Shown in pieces: positions 35,522-43,947 of a DNA stretch of 64,000 nucleotides. Below the pieces are notes generated by a model that saw only the letters and a program-made list of their open reading frames with translations, made no database searches and was not told the DNA's origin. A program made the translations under genes and the position numbers. Each line of letters begins with the position of its first letter. Positions within the stretch are counted from its first letter, which is position 1. This DNA comes from a virus (Duplodnaviria > Caudoviricetes), in the IMG/VR virus record IMGVR_UViG_3300025098_005131; one strand, given 5' to 3'.

Positions 35522-35544
35522 TTAGGGTTAAAACCCTGAGTAAA

Positions 35545-36531
35545 CTACTTAGGAAAGAATTGTTTTAGATCGATATCTTGCTCTTTAGCTTGATCTAAAT
35601 ATTTTAAAGGATTATAAAAGTAGATATTTGAATCTTTAATTGATTGCCAAGATTGTCGAATGCCTTCCTTTAAATCTCTTGTCCTACTAAAGCCCAAGGT
35701 ATCTACAAGTTTTTTATTGCTTAACCTATGATTTCCAAGATAATCAGTTTGTGGGTGCCATTGTATTACAGGCTTTAAATTAAGACCAGTTACTTCTTCT
35801 ATTAATTCTACAATTTCCAAAGTATTATGTGGGTTTTCTGCTGTAATATTGAAATCGTCGTTTAATATATTGTTTGTAATTAAGTCCATTATACTACTAC
35901 AAAAGTCCTCAACATGCATATAGTCTTTTATTTTTTCTGGATTTAAAAACATATCTAAACTATTTATTTTGTTTTTTAAACAGAACAAAGACTTAGATAT
36001 AAGAGAGTTCATGTCACCTTCTCCGCCGTAAGCAAATAGCGGTCTCACGACGAGCCAGCTTTTAGCGTTATTTTTAACTGTCATTTCACCTGCATATTTT
36101 TGAATTGCATAGTTTGTCCTAGGTAATATTTTGCTATCTTCAAAAATATCAGATTCTTGATATTGATATGTATCATAAATAACTGTCGTTCCAATATATA
36201 CGATCGTTGTGTTTGTATTATTAGCAGCTTCAGTTAGAACATGTGTGCCTAATATGTTTGTATTAATTGCTCGCTCAGGGTTTAATGCAACTACATCTGT
36301 ACCTACTAGGGCTGCATTGTGAACAATAACGTCAAGCTCTAAGTCTGAAAGTAGTTGTGACCACTCTTCAATAGAATTTCTATATACACAAACTTCTCCT
36401 ACTCCTGTACGAATATAATCTTGTGAATAAATACTTTTATCTAACGATACAAAAGTATGATTATAATTTTCTATTTGATTAGCCAAGTTAGTTGCAATAA
36501 AACCTTTTTCACCAGTGATGCCTATTCTCAT
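35545..36531 (-). CDS. NAD-dependent NDP-sugar epimerase/dehydratase (extended SDR)
   Basis: ITGEKGFIA, VHNAA, YAIQK (YxxxK), RPLFAYG, HVEDF. Confidence 0.92.
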   Translation of the reverse strand: MRIGITGEKGFIATNLANQIENYNHTFVSLDKSIYSQDYIRTGVGEVCVYRNSIEEWSQLLSDLELDVIVHNAALVGTDVVALNPERAINTNILGTHVLTEAANNTNTTIVYIGTTVIYDTYQYQESDIFEDSKILPRTNYAIQKYAGEMTVKNNAKSWLVVRPLFAYGGEGDMNSLISKSLFCLKNKINSLDMFLNPEKIKDYMHVEDFCSSIMDLITNNILNDDFNITAENPHNTLEIVELIEEVTGLNLKPVIQWHPQTDYLGNHRLSNKKLVDTLGFSRTRDLKEGIRQSWQSIKDSNIYFYNPLKYLDQAKEQDIDLKQFFPK

Positions 36532-36779
36532 TAATTGTTTCCTTTAATAATTTTAACGACTTTAATGTCTTTTGTTTTAACGTTATACACTTTATTGCTT
36601 TGTGTATCTAGCATTTTATAGTCAAAAAACTTCTTAATACCATATTTTGTTTTATTCTCAAAAAGATATTCTCTACCTAAAACCAGTGCTGTTCGTGGTC
36701 CTAAAAATTGATTTTTAAAAACTTTATGCATAAATGTTACAAGATCAGAAGATTCCAGTCCTTCTGTGTAAGATGACAT
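36531..36779 (-). CDS. Small hypothetical protein (82 aa)
   Basis: Packed ORF with SD GGAG. Confidence 0.65.
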   Translation of the reverse strand: MSSYTEGLESSDLVTFMHKVFKNQFLGPRTALVLGREYLFENKTKYGIKKFFDYKMLDTQSNKVYNVKTKDIKVVKIIKGNN

Positions 36780-36787
36780 ATAACTCC

Positions 36788-37045
36788 CTAACTTAGATAT
36801 TTAACTTGTATATCAATTATTTTGTGTATTGTTATATTCTCTACTTTACCATCCCAGAAAATGGTCATTCCGGTGGGTCTAAGACCATCTTTAAGAGATA
36901 ATCCTACTAATAAGCAATTTTCATATTTCTTTGGTTTATTATAATATGAATAATCAATAATTACACTTATCATTTTGCCAATATCGTTTTTGTCTAAATA
37001 AAAGTCTTGATTTAACCTTATAAAATCGCTGTTTATTTTCGTCAT
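36788..37045 (-). CDS. Small hypothetical protein (85 aa)
   Basis: Packed ORF, ATGA overlap with upstream gene. Confidence 0.65.
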   Translation of the reverse strand: MTKINSDFIRLNQDFYLDKNDIGKMISVIIDYSYYNKPKKYENCLLVGLSLKDGLRPTGMTIFWDGKVENITIHKIIDIQVKYLS

Positions 37046-37296
37046 ACTGTCGTAACGCTAACAAATACATCCTCATCTTCTAAATCAACAGCCTGAAGTC
37101 TGCCTTTTTCTGTCATAAAAAGCAACAAGTCTTTATTTAAATTTCCTTTTTCAATGCATATCAAAAGGCAGTTTTGATAATTAGATATGAAGCTGTAACT
37201 CTTATACTGGATTGATATATTAACTATTTCTTTTATGTGTTGTTTAATTTTTTCTATCAAGAACTTTATACTCCATAATGCTATAAGGCACAACAT
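37042..37296 (-). CDS. Small hypothetical protein (start uncertain)
   Basis: Fills gap; listed start overlaps upstream gene by about 50 nt. Confidence 0.55.
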   Translation of the reverse strand: MLCLIALWSIKFLIEKIKQHIKEIVNISIQYKSYSFISNYQNCLLICIEKGNLNKDLLLFMTEKGRLQAVDLEDEDVFVSVTTV

Positions 37297-37450
37297 CAGT
37301 TATCTTATTGCCTATTACATAAATCATTGCAGAAAAATTTAGATCTTTTTTAATCTTATAGACTATCCCTAACTTTTCTTCTTCGTTCGAGTAAAGAAAA
37401 TTATATCTAATTAGGTCGCCTATTTTCAGGTCGTGTATATAATCTATCAT
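37244..37450 (-). CDS. Small SH3/KOW-like hypothetical protein
   Basis: LKIGDLIRY ... LGIVYKI pattern. Confidence 0.7.
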   Translation of the reverse strand: MIDYIHDLKIGDLIRYNFLYSNEEEKLGIVYKIKKDLNFSAMIYVIGNKITDVVPYSIMEYKVLDRKN

Positions 37451-38265
37451 TGAAAATCTCTTTTTTTAGCTCCGATCGTTTGTCTTTCTCTAACCCAGTG
37501 TGTTGTCCTTTTATCGAGCGTCGTTTCTTTAATTACATTATGACCATTACAGTCTTTGTTTCTTCCATAAACAACAAAACCTTGAACAGCATTCCCATTA
37601 TTACCATCAAAAGTATAGTAACTTTGAATTGTTGCTCCTTGTTCATTATATGACTTGTTAATTACAAATCTTATCGCTTTATAAAGAGTTATCAGGTTTT
37701 TGTCTGTTAAATCTTTTATTAAAGAATGTGGATTTATACGTGAATACCATAAAGATTCTGCCTTGATATAATTACCAACTCCAGAAATAACCTTTTGATT
37801 CATCAATACATCACATATATTTTTGTTGTTTTTTTGTCTTAAAAATTTAATAAAATCAGATGAAGAAGGGGGATTAGACAACATGTCAGGCCCAATAGAT
37901 TTAAGCTTTTTTGCCAAATCTTTTTGATTTTTAATCTGAACTGTTCCAAAATTTCTAATATCATTGAAATACAATGTATCGTCCTCATAAAAGTTAATCT
38001 CTATTCTAGAATGATCTGTTTTTTTTCTAGACCAGTTTCCTGTCATTCCTAAAGTATTGAAAATAATTATGTCTTCTAAATCAAGCCATATAAACTTGCC
38101 TTTACAATTAAAGCTTTTAATTTCTTTGTCTAATAATGTTTCTAGGTTTGGAATTGGTTTTTTAATATATCTTCCGCTCAATATATTAACTGACTTTATT
38201 TGATAATGTCTAAAATTTTGATTTAGTTTATCAACAAACAATTTAACTTCAGGTCCTTCTGGAAT
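37447..38265 (-). CDS. fpg: Fpg/Nei DNA glycosylase-AP lyase, zincless-finger type, ATT start
   Basis: Extending 8 codons upstream of the track start gives (ATT)-PEGPEVKLF; KGKF, LGMTG, NDIRNFG, LMNQKVISGVGNYIKAESL (H2TH). Confidence 0.93.
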   Translation of the reverse strand: MPEGPEVKLFVDKLNQNFRHYQIKSVNILSGRYIKKPIPNLETLLDKEIKSFNCKGKFIWLDLEDIIIFNTLGMTGNWSRKKTDHSRIEINFYEDDTLYFNDIRNFGTVQIKNQKDLAKKLKSIGPDMLSNPPSSSDFIKFLRQKNNKNICDVLMNQKVISGVGNYIKAESLWYSRINPHSLIKDLTDKNLITLYKAIRFVINKSYNEQGATIQSYYTFDGNNGNAVQGFVVYGRNKDCNGHNVIKETTLDKRTTHWVRERQTIGAKKRDFQ

Positions 38266-38305
38266 AATACACCTTCCTAACTATTTTTCTACAAAATTAA
38301 AGCCT

Positions 38306-38515
38306 TTAATTGTTTAAAATCCTATTGGCTTCTGGGTCATCTAAGTCTGTATTTGCTAAATCTTTTTCATTTTCTTCCAAGTCAGGCAAGGTATTGTCAT
38401 GCACATAATTTGCTAAATCATCTTTTCCGACCCATTTAAGGAATTGCATTAGAGGGTGACCAATTATATTGTGAAATGCATAGTTTTTAATAAATTTTTC
38501 GTATTTAAAATTCAT
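38306..38515 (-). CDS. Small His-motif hypothetical protein
   Basis: FHNIIGHPL ... VHDNTLP. Confidence 0.7.
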   Translation of the reverse strand: MNFKYEKFIKNYAFHNIIGHPLMQFLKWVGKDDLANYVHDNTLPDLEENEKDLANTDLDDPEANRILNN

Positions 38516-38518
38516 AGC

Positions 38519-38968
38519 TTATTCAATTGCATCTGCATAAGGTTCATTTGGTAAGATACCTGTTTCAATAATTCTATCAAGATAGTCTTCTAATTGTTCA
38601 AATGTTGTGCAGACCTTAATACCACTTCTCGCGAGCATTAAATTAAATTTTGCGCCTTTAGGAAGTCCGGCACAGAAATAGATTATAGGCTTATTAAATG
38701 CAAAAGCGTATCCTGCTTCCCAAATTGTACCAATATCTTTATCTCTAGTATTTACTAGTAAAAAGTCTGCTGTCTGTATATGATGAAGATTGCCACTAAA
38801 TGTTTCATCTTGCACGCTTTTTGGCGCATTAGGCGGGCAAACAAAAATTCTTCGAGGAGAAGCTAGTTCAAAGTGGTTAACTCGATCATCAAAAATCTTT
38901 TCCAGATGTGTAAGTTCTGCGTCTTGAATAGGATTAAACCAACCGCTTGCTAAATAAATCTTTTTCAT
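38519..38968 (-). CDS. Nucleoside 2-deoxyribosyltransferase / dNMP N-glycosidase family
   Basis: KIYLASGWF, ADFLL, DIGTIWEAGYAFAFNKPII. Confidence 0.9.
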   Translation of the reverse strand: MKKIYLASGWFNPIQDAELTHLEKIFDDRVNHFELASPRRIFVCPPNAPKSVQDETFSGNLHHIQTADFLLVNTRDKDIGTIWEAGYAFAFNKPIIYFCAGLPKGAKFNLMLARSGIKVCTTFEQLEDYLDRIIETGILPNEPYADAIE

Positions 38969-39021
38969 TAAATTGTTCCTTTTGTAAATAAATTAAATTT
39001 GTTGTTTATAATTGTTTTAGG

Positions 39022-39993
39022 TTAAAATTCATTATCTAGCTGCTGTCTAATTAAACTTACAGCTGCTACGTCATCGTTCCACATCCTTGTAAAGATTTTT
39101 TCTTCACCAGATTTGTTGCCATTAATCTCTTCACGACGACATGCATAAATTGAATCTTTTTCATTAAATTCAAATAAATCGTTCTTTGGTTCTGGCTGAT
39201 AAAGATTTGTGCCTCGTGAAGTAAAGGAACCATCGGGTAATTCAACTCTAAAAGTGCGAACATAATGCATGTCAGGTTTTTCAAAGTTTAAGCATGTAGA
39301 AACTTCTGGAATTGATTCGCAAACAATTTTTGCAATACGCGTTGCAATAATATTGTCTACTTCTGGTTGAATTTGCACATCTTGACGCTGTCTAATAAAA
39401 CCAATTAAATCTTTAAGATTAAATCGAGCAACGTAAAAAGTCTCAAGTGCCTTAGGCAAAATAACTCGTGCATCCATTAAAGACACAACTCGAGAATCAA
39501 CCATATCAGAATAAAGTTGTTTTGCTGCAGAAGCAACTTCAATAAATCGATGATGAAAGTCTGAATTTTCAACAGACTCAGGAACTAAAATGTTGTCATT
39601 CCTAAGATCACGATCACCGGTGCACTGCGCTGCAAATGAACCTGCTCTATGTCTAATTAAATGCGTCACTGTTTGTGTATCAATTCCGCTAATTTTAAAA
39701 GTAAAACCTAAACATTCCATAGGTGTAGGTAATGCTCTAAAATTAAGAACATCTTGTAAGTTAATTGAAGCTTCTTCTGGTAAAGCATTTTCAAATGAAG
39801 TCTCAGAAGGTGTGTCAGCCCAGGTTGCTTTGGTCATGTGCCAAGCAATTTTTTGAGCTTGTTCTCTAGTGGGCCCATCAATCAACTCAATGTTAAGTGA
39901 TTCTAAGTTATTAATGTAATTAGTATTAGGAACTTGATCAAATTTAAGCTCCATAGGAAGTGTGACTTGTTTAAGATCATTATTAATTGGCAA
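39022..39993 (-). CDS. Divergent ThyX-like flavoprotein (second copy, altered active site)
   Basis: FTFKISGI ... HLIRHRAGSFAAQCTGDR, DARVILP, NLKDLIGFIRQR; TTG start with SD AAGGAG. Confidence 0.85.
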   Translation of the reverse strand: MPINNDLKQVTLPMELKFDQVPNTNYINNLESLNIELIDGPTREQAQKIAWHMTKATWADTPSETSFENALPEEASINLQDVLNFRALPTPMECLGFTFKISGIDTQTVTHLIRHRAGSFAAQCTGDRDLRNDNILVPESVENSDFHHRFIEVASAAKQLYSDMVDSRVVSLMDARVILPKALETFYVARFNLKDLIGFIRQRQDVQIQPEVDNIIATRIAKIVCESIPEVSTCLNFEKPDMHYVRTFRVELPDGSFTSRGTNLYQPEPKNDLFEFNEKDSIYACRREEINGNKSGEEKIFTRMWNDDVAAVSLIRQQLDNEF

Positions 39994-40020
39994 ATTTATT
40001 CTCCTTTGTATTTACCATTT

Positions 40021-40049
40021 ATTTTAATATTAAAAATTAAAATTTACAC
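40021..40049 (-). promoter_or_regulatory. Putative promoter GTGTAA-N17-TAAAAT upstream of ThyX-like gene
   Basis: Recurring motif pair. Confidence 0.6.
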
Positions 40050-40051
40050 AT

Positions 40052-40702
40052 TTATGTTTTATTGATCTGGTTTCTTAACTGGATCAAAAGTTCTTTGTCT
40101 TTTCGTGAAGCACTTAAAGTTTTTAATACATCAGTAAAACTGACTTTTTTTAAAATGCAAGTAGTCATAATATATTCGTACAAAGAATCGATATCAGCTT
40201 GGACTGCATCTTTTTTTTCTATATCTAGATGTAAAACATTTTTATTAACGACAAATTGTAGTTCTTTAGCTAGAACGCAAAAAAGCGAGGTCTTGAATTT
40301 ATTTAAATCTTTAATTGTTAAATTCGAGGATATTATACATTCTATAAATCCTTCATCACTTTTATGTTTTTTATCATAATAAAAATTACAATTTAAAACT
40401 TCAAAATAAAAATTTTTAAAAGTATCAATTAAATTTAACGTAATGTCACACATAAAGTCGTAACATACGAGCAAAGAGTGGTTAAAGTTAATCTCATAGG
40501 TTTTATTAAAAATGTTTTTAAAGCTCGAGGTCGCTGTCATTTGTAAAATGTCAGACTCTATATTGATTGTAATGTTTCCGTTGTTTATCATTCCTGAAAT
40601 ATAAATTAAATCAAATTCAATAATTCGCCATATGTTGTCAAGATAATAATAAGACCTAAAGTTATTGTTTCTATATAGTTCTAGATCTTCGTGGAAAAAC
40701 AT
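40052..40702 (-). CDS. Hypothetical protein (216 aa)
   Basis: Packed ORF with SD AAAGGT. Confidence 0.65.
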   Translation of the reverse strand: MFFHEDLELYRNNNFRSYYYLDNIWRIIEFDLIYISGMINNGNITINIESDILQMTATSSFKNIFNKTYEINFNHSLLVCYDFMCDITLNLIDTFKNFYFEVLNCNFYYDKKHKSDEGFIECIISSNLTIKDLNKFKTSLFCVLAKELQFVVNKNVLHLDIEKKDAVQADIDSLYEYIMTTCILKKVSFTDVLKTLSASRKDKELLIQLRNQINKT

Positions 40703-40716
40703 ATTACACCTTTAGA

Positions 40717-41091
40717 TTAATACCCTTTTGTTAACCTTTCTTTAATTATCTCGTCTTTCTTTTTAAATGCATTGTAAAATTCGTCAACATCTACACCTAT
40801 TAAAATAATAAGAGAATAAAAGTAATTAAAAGCATCAACAATTTCTTCTAAAAACTCTTCTCTATTTATTTCTGGCACTTCTGTTTCTCTATGCGGCTTC
40901 CAGTTTTTTAAATGACCTAGTGCTTCAAACATTTCTTCTACACCTTTAAGAGCTGTTTCACGCAGTAAAGCTTGACTACTTTTACTTGAAATATTTACTG
41001 GCCAAGACGGATATGAATCTTTATATTTTTCTTTAATTAAGTGCATAAAGACTTCTCTTTTTTCAAAGATTTCGTCTAATCTATCTTGCAT
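40717..41091 (-). CDS. All-alpha dNTP pyrophosphatase (dimeric dUTPase/dCTPase/MazG superfamily)
   Basis: VEEMFEAL ... WKPHR ... EEFLEEIVDAFNY acidic motifs. Confidence 0.88.
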   Translation of the reverse strand: MQDRLDEIFEKREVFMHLIKEKYKDSYPSWPVNISSKSSQALLRETALKGVEEMFEALGHLKNWKPHRETEVPEINREEFLEEIVDAFNYFYSLIILIGVDVDEFYNAFKKKDEIIKERLTKGY

Positions 41092-41094
41092 GTT

Positions 41095-41313
41095 TTAACT
41101 TTCTGTCTCAAAACTAGATTCTTGCGATGCGTCTACCATTTTTTCAACTTGCTCGTTAAATATTTTTTCATATTCACTGTTTAAAACTACCTTATTCTTT
41201 TCATTTACTTCCATCTGCATCATTCTTAAATGATCAACAATGTCTGTTCCTGTTAATAGTGCCATTTGTATAAGTTTGACAATTTGTGCAATTGTTGTAT
41301 CGTCTAAATTCAT
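41095..41313 (-). CDS. Small hypothetical protein (72 aa)
   Basis: Packed ORF with SD AGGAG. Confidence 0.75.
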   Translation of the reverse strand: MNLDDTTIAQIVKLIQMALLTGTDIVDHLRMMQMEVNEKNKVVLNSEYEKIFNEQVEKMVDASQESSFETES

Positions 41314-41321
41314 TTTTTCTC

Positions 41322-41681
41322 CTAAATTATTATGGGTCTTTTCTTTAAATTTTTATCTATAGTTTGATCGTCATGCTCCATTACTTTAATCATGTCTACT
41401 CCTTCTATCTTCTTGAGGGACTTAATCATATCTAAAAAAGGTTTTCTTGTTTCAATAAACGTGGGTATATAAGAAACGTTAAGCTCAATTAGTCTGTGTC
41501 CGTATGAAGAAACGACGTCTGATATTGGTCGTGTTTGCCTGACAGTTACAACTCCCGGAAGAGCTCTCATATCTGTCATGATGTCTAAAACAGTTGGATC
41601 TTCTCTTTCTTCGATTTTTATTCTACATCTTACTAAGGTGTTAACTAAGTCAGTATGTCTTTCTAGTATTAAGTTTTTCAT
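41322..41681 (-). CDS. Hypothetical protein, possible virion protein
   Basis: MKNLILE leader; SD AAGGAG; ATAGTTA motif upstream. Confidence 0.7.
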   Translation of the reverse strand: MKNLILERHTDLVNTLVRCRIKIEEREDPTVLDIMTDMRALPGVVTVRQTRPISDVVSSYGHRLIELNVSYIPTFIETRKPFLDMIKSLKKIEGVDMIKVMEHDDQTIDKNLKKRPIII

Positions 41682-41705
41682 ATAATTCTCCTTCTATTAT
41701 AATAA

Positions 41706-42410
41706 CTATTTATTATTGAGAATATAACTTTCTACTGTGACTGGCCAAAGTTCCTGAATAATCTCAAGCATTTTACTAGCCAATGCTTGAATTTCTAGCT
41801 GTGATCCTTCATGAGTTCTAAGCTTAATAAATTTTAAAATATTATTTAGATTAGCAGTCGCATAATATTCTGTATATAGATTTTGAGGAAGAATCATTCT
41901 TGCTTGCTCACGAGCAATACCTTTTTTAATCATATCATAATATAATTTAACAGAATTTTGTACGTGATAATCTACAGCTTCATTACATAGCCTACTTTCA
42001 AGTAAAATCGGATAAGAATCCATTTGTGGATTAATTTGGTTATCTATGTTAGATGCTTGTCTATTAGACTTATGCTGCGTCCTATAAGATTTTGGAATAT
42101 AAAATTCCATGTTTACATCTGTATATCGACGTGATATTTCATTATAAGACCATGTCCTATGTCTATGGTGTTGTGATCTAACAAATAAAGGAACTTTTAT
42201 TCTAAATGTAGCAATGTTATGTTCTAAAGTAGAAGTATGTTGATGATCAATTAAATAATTGATCAGCTTTTTGTCTTTACTATCTAAAGTTTCTTTCTGG
42301 ACTCCAAAAGAAACACGAGCAGAATTAACAACAGTAATATCGTTACCCATATGTTGTACTAGCTCTATTTTTCCAATATTGTCTTTATAAAGATAATGTG
42401 TATTTGTCAT
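41706..42410 (-). CDS. thyX: FAD-dependent thymidylate synthase
   Basis: NSARVSF, HTSTLEH, RHRTWSYNEISRRY canonical motif, EQARMILP. Confidence 0.96.
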   Translation of the reverse strand: MTNTHYLYKDNIGKIELVQHMGNDITVVNSARVSFGVQKETLDSKDKKLINYLIDHQHTSTLEHNIATFRIKVPLFVRSQHHRHRTWSYNEISRRYTDVNMEFYIPKSYRTQHKSNRQASNIDNQINPQMDSYPILLESRLCNEAVDYHVQNSVKLYYDMIKKGIAREQARMILPQNLYTEYYATANLNNILKFIKLRTHEGSQLEIQALASKMLEIIQELWPVTVESYILNNK

Positions 42411-42436
42411 ATAAAACCTTTTATTTAATAATATTG

Positions 42437-42465
42437 ATTATATTAAATTAAAACATAATTTACAC
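42437..42465 (-). promoter_or_regulatory. Putative promoter GTGTAA-N17-TATAAT upstream of thyX
   Basis: Recurring motif pair. Confidence 0.7.
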
Positions 42466-42487
42466 AAATATTAAAAATAAATTAAAA

Positions 42488-43282
42488 CTAAACTATATCT
42501 TTATCAATACCGTAATAAAGTTTTTCTGCCCAAGGAATAACATCCCATTTTTTTGCTGAAATATTATGGTGGCCTACTACACTATATTTCGAAGCTTCGG
42601 CAACCGGCATTACATCTAAGCTTTCACATACAGGCTTGTCTTCTAGACCTGTTGCCTCTCTTAAAGATTGTAAAAACTGTCGACAAACATCTGCAAAGTC
42701 ATCACCAATCATTACGAGCTTTCGACCTTTAACTCTGCGATCAGGTATTTTACAAACTTGAAGTGATGCATCTGGGTACCAGTCTTTAGTTTTTTCCCAA
42801 TACTTGTCGTCTGGATGCATGCAAATATCAATACCGATAGAATGCTTATTAAACTTGCCGGCATGATATGCCACAAGCCCTGTGTCTAGACATTGTAGTA
42901 TTTCATATTCATTAGTTTTATGATTTCTGCCAATTAAAAAATGTGAAGATACGTGTCTTCCTCTCGCAAGATTAAATACATTATAACAATGTCTAGAGTT
43001 TAAGCCTCCCCAGTGAACGCATATTGTTGAAGGATCTGCTTTTCTTTTATACCAATTTTTTGTGCCGTCATCTAGCTCATAAAGTGATGCTGACCAGTCG
43101 ACCTCTAATGGCGAATCAATAGGAACAACTTTTCCCATGTGCATCATAATAGGCATTCCGTAATAATTCCTTACAGCTTTATGTGTATTTGGTCCATACA
43201 CTCCGTCTGCCTTGACTCCGACTTCTTGTTGAAGTGAAATTACGTAGTCCTTATTTTTATTTAAAGTTTTAAATTGTTCCAT
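42488..43282 (-). CDS. N-acetylmuramoyl-L-alanine amidase (Amidase_2) with N-terminal peptidoglycan-binding segment; probable endolysin
   Basis: LQQEVGVKADGVYGPNT; ICVHW, SSHFLIG, AYHAGKFNKHSIGIDI, VGHHNI ... KWD. Confidence 0.88.
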   Translation of the reverse strand: MEQFKTLNKNKDYVISLQQEVGVKADGVYGPNTHKAVRNYYGMPIMMHMGKVVPIDSPLEVDWSASLYELDDGTKNWYKRKADPSTICVHWGGLNSRHCYNVFNLARGRHVSSHFLIGRNHKTNEYEILQCLDTGLVAYHAGKFNKHSIGIDICMHPDDKYWEKTKDWYPDASLQVCKIPDRRVKGRKLVMIGDDFADVCRQFLQSLREATGLEDKPVCESLDVMPVAEASKYSVVGHHNISAKKWDVIPWAEKLYYGIDKDIV

Positions 43283-43293
43283 AATGTTGTTCC

Positions 43294-43899
43294 TTAGTCT
43301 AATTCAATAGCAACAGTGACCTTTCCTTTTAACGAAGGAACTCTTAACTGTTGCACTATATTATGTTCTTTTGCTTCTTCGGCTTCTAAAAACCAATCGG
43401 CATGACCTTTGTCATGTATAAGATCTAAAAAGTAATTATCAGCTTTGCCGCAATTTCTTGCCATCATTGTATATAACTTTTTATTAAGTCTTTCAGCTTC
43501 TCTTGCATCAGCTTTTAATTCTTCAACTTTACCAAATGCCATCGTAGAAACATCATGTATCATTAAGACAGCATCTTTGTCCATAAATCGTAGGCCTTCT
43601 TCTCCAAAAGAAGCAAATAAAGCGCCGCATGACATTGCCTTACCTTTAATTATCGTGGCAATTGGTATTTTTGATGATTTTAATGTTGCTATCATTGATA
43701 ATAACGAATAAGCTTCACCACCGTAAGAGTCAATAACTACAGGAACTACTCTTTGGCCAGTATTTTGAGCAGCACTTATTAGTGACGCAAATTCATTTGC
43801 AGACTCTTCGTCAAACTTATTAACGGTAATAACTACTGGATCACTTCTAAGCTCAATCTCTTTAATTAAGGGCGACACATCTGCAATAAAATTAATCAT
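43294..43899 (-). CDS. clpP: ClpP-family serine protease
   Basis: IDSYGG, GKAMSCGAL (Ser), LMIHD (His), DWFLEAEEAKEHNIV. Confidence 0.9.
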   Translation of the reverse strand: MINFIADVSPLIKEIELRSDPVVITVNKFDEESANEFASLISAAQNTGQRVVPVVIDSYGGEAYSLLSMIATLKSSKIPIATIIKGKAMSCGALFASFGEEGLRFMDKDAVLMIHDVSTMAFGKVEELKADAREAERLNKKLYTMMARNCGKADNYFLDLIHDKGHADWFLEAEEAKEHNIVQQLRVPSLKGKVTVAIELD

Positions 43900-43947
43900 A
43901 AATAACCTTTCTTTTGTTTTTTAATATAATATTAAAAATAATTTAAT

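Noticed and set aside
35521-35540. Hairpin after the epimerase stop as an intrinsic terminator
   Set aside because: Imperfect stem with no U-tract on either strand; kept only as part of the endonuclease leader structure
43294-43899. ClpP as the protease cutting the L-x-E leaders
   Set aside because: Glu-specific maturation is the property of gp21-type prohead proteases, and this gene lies in the replication operon; not excluded but unsupported
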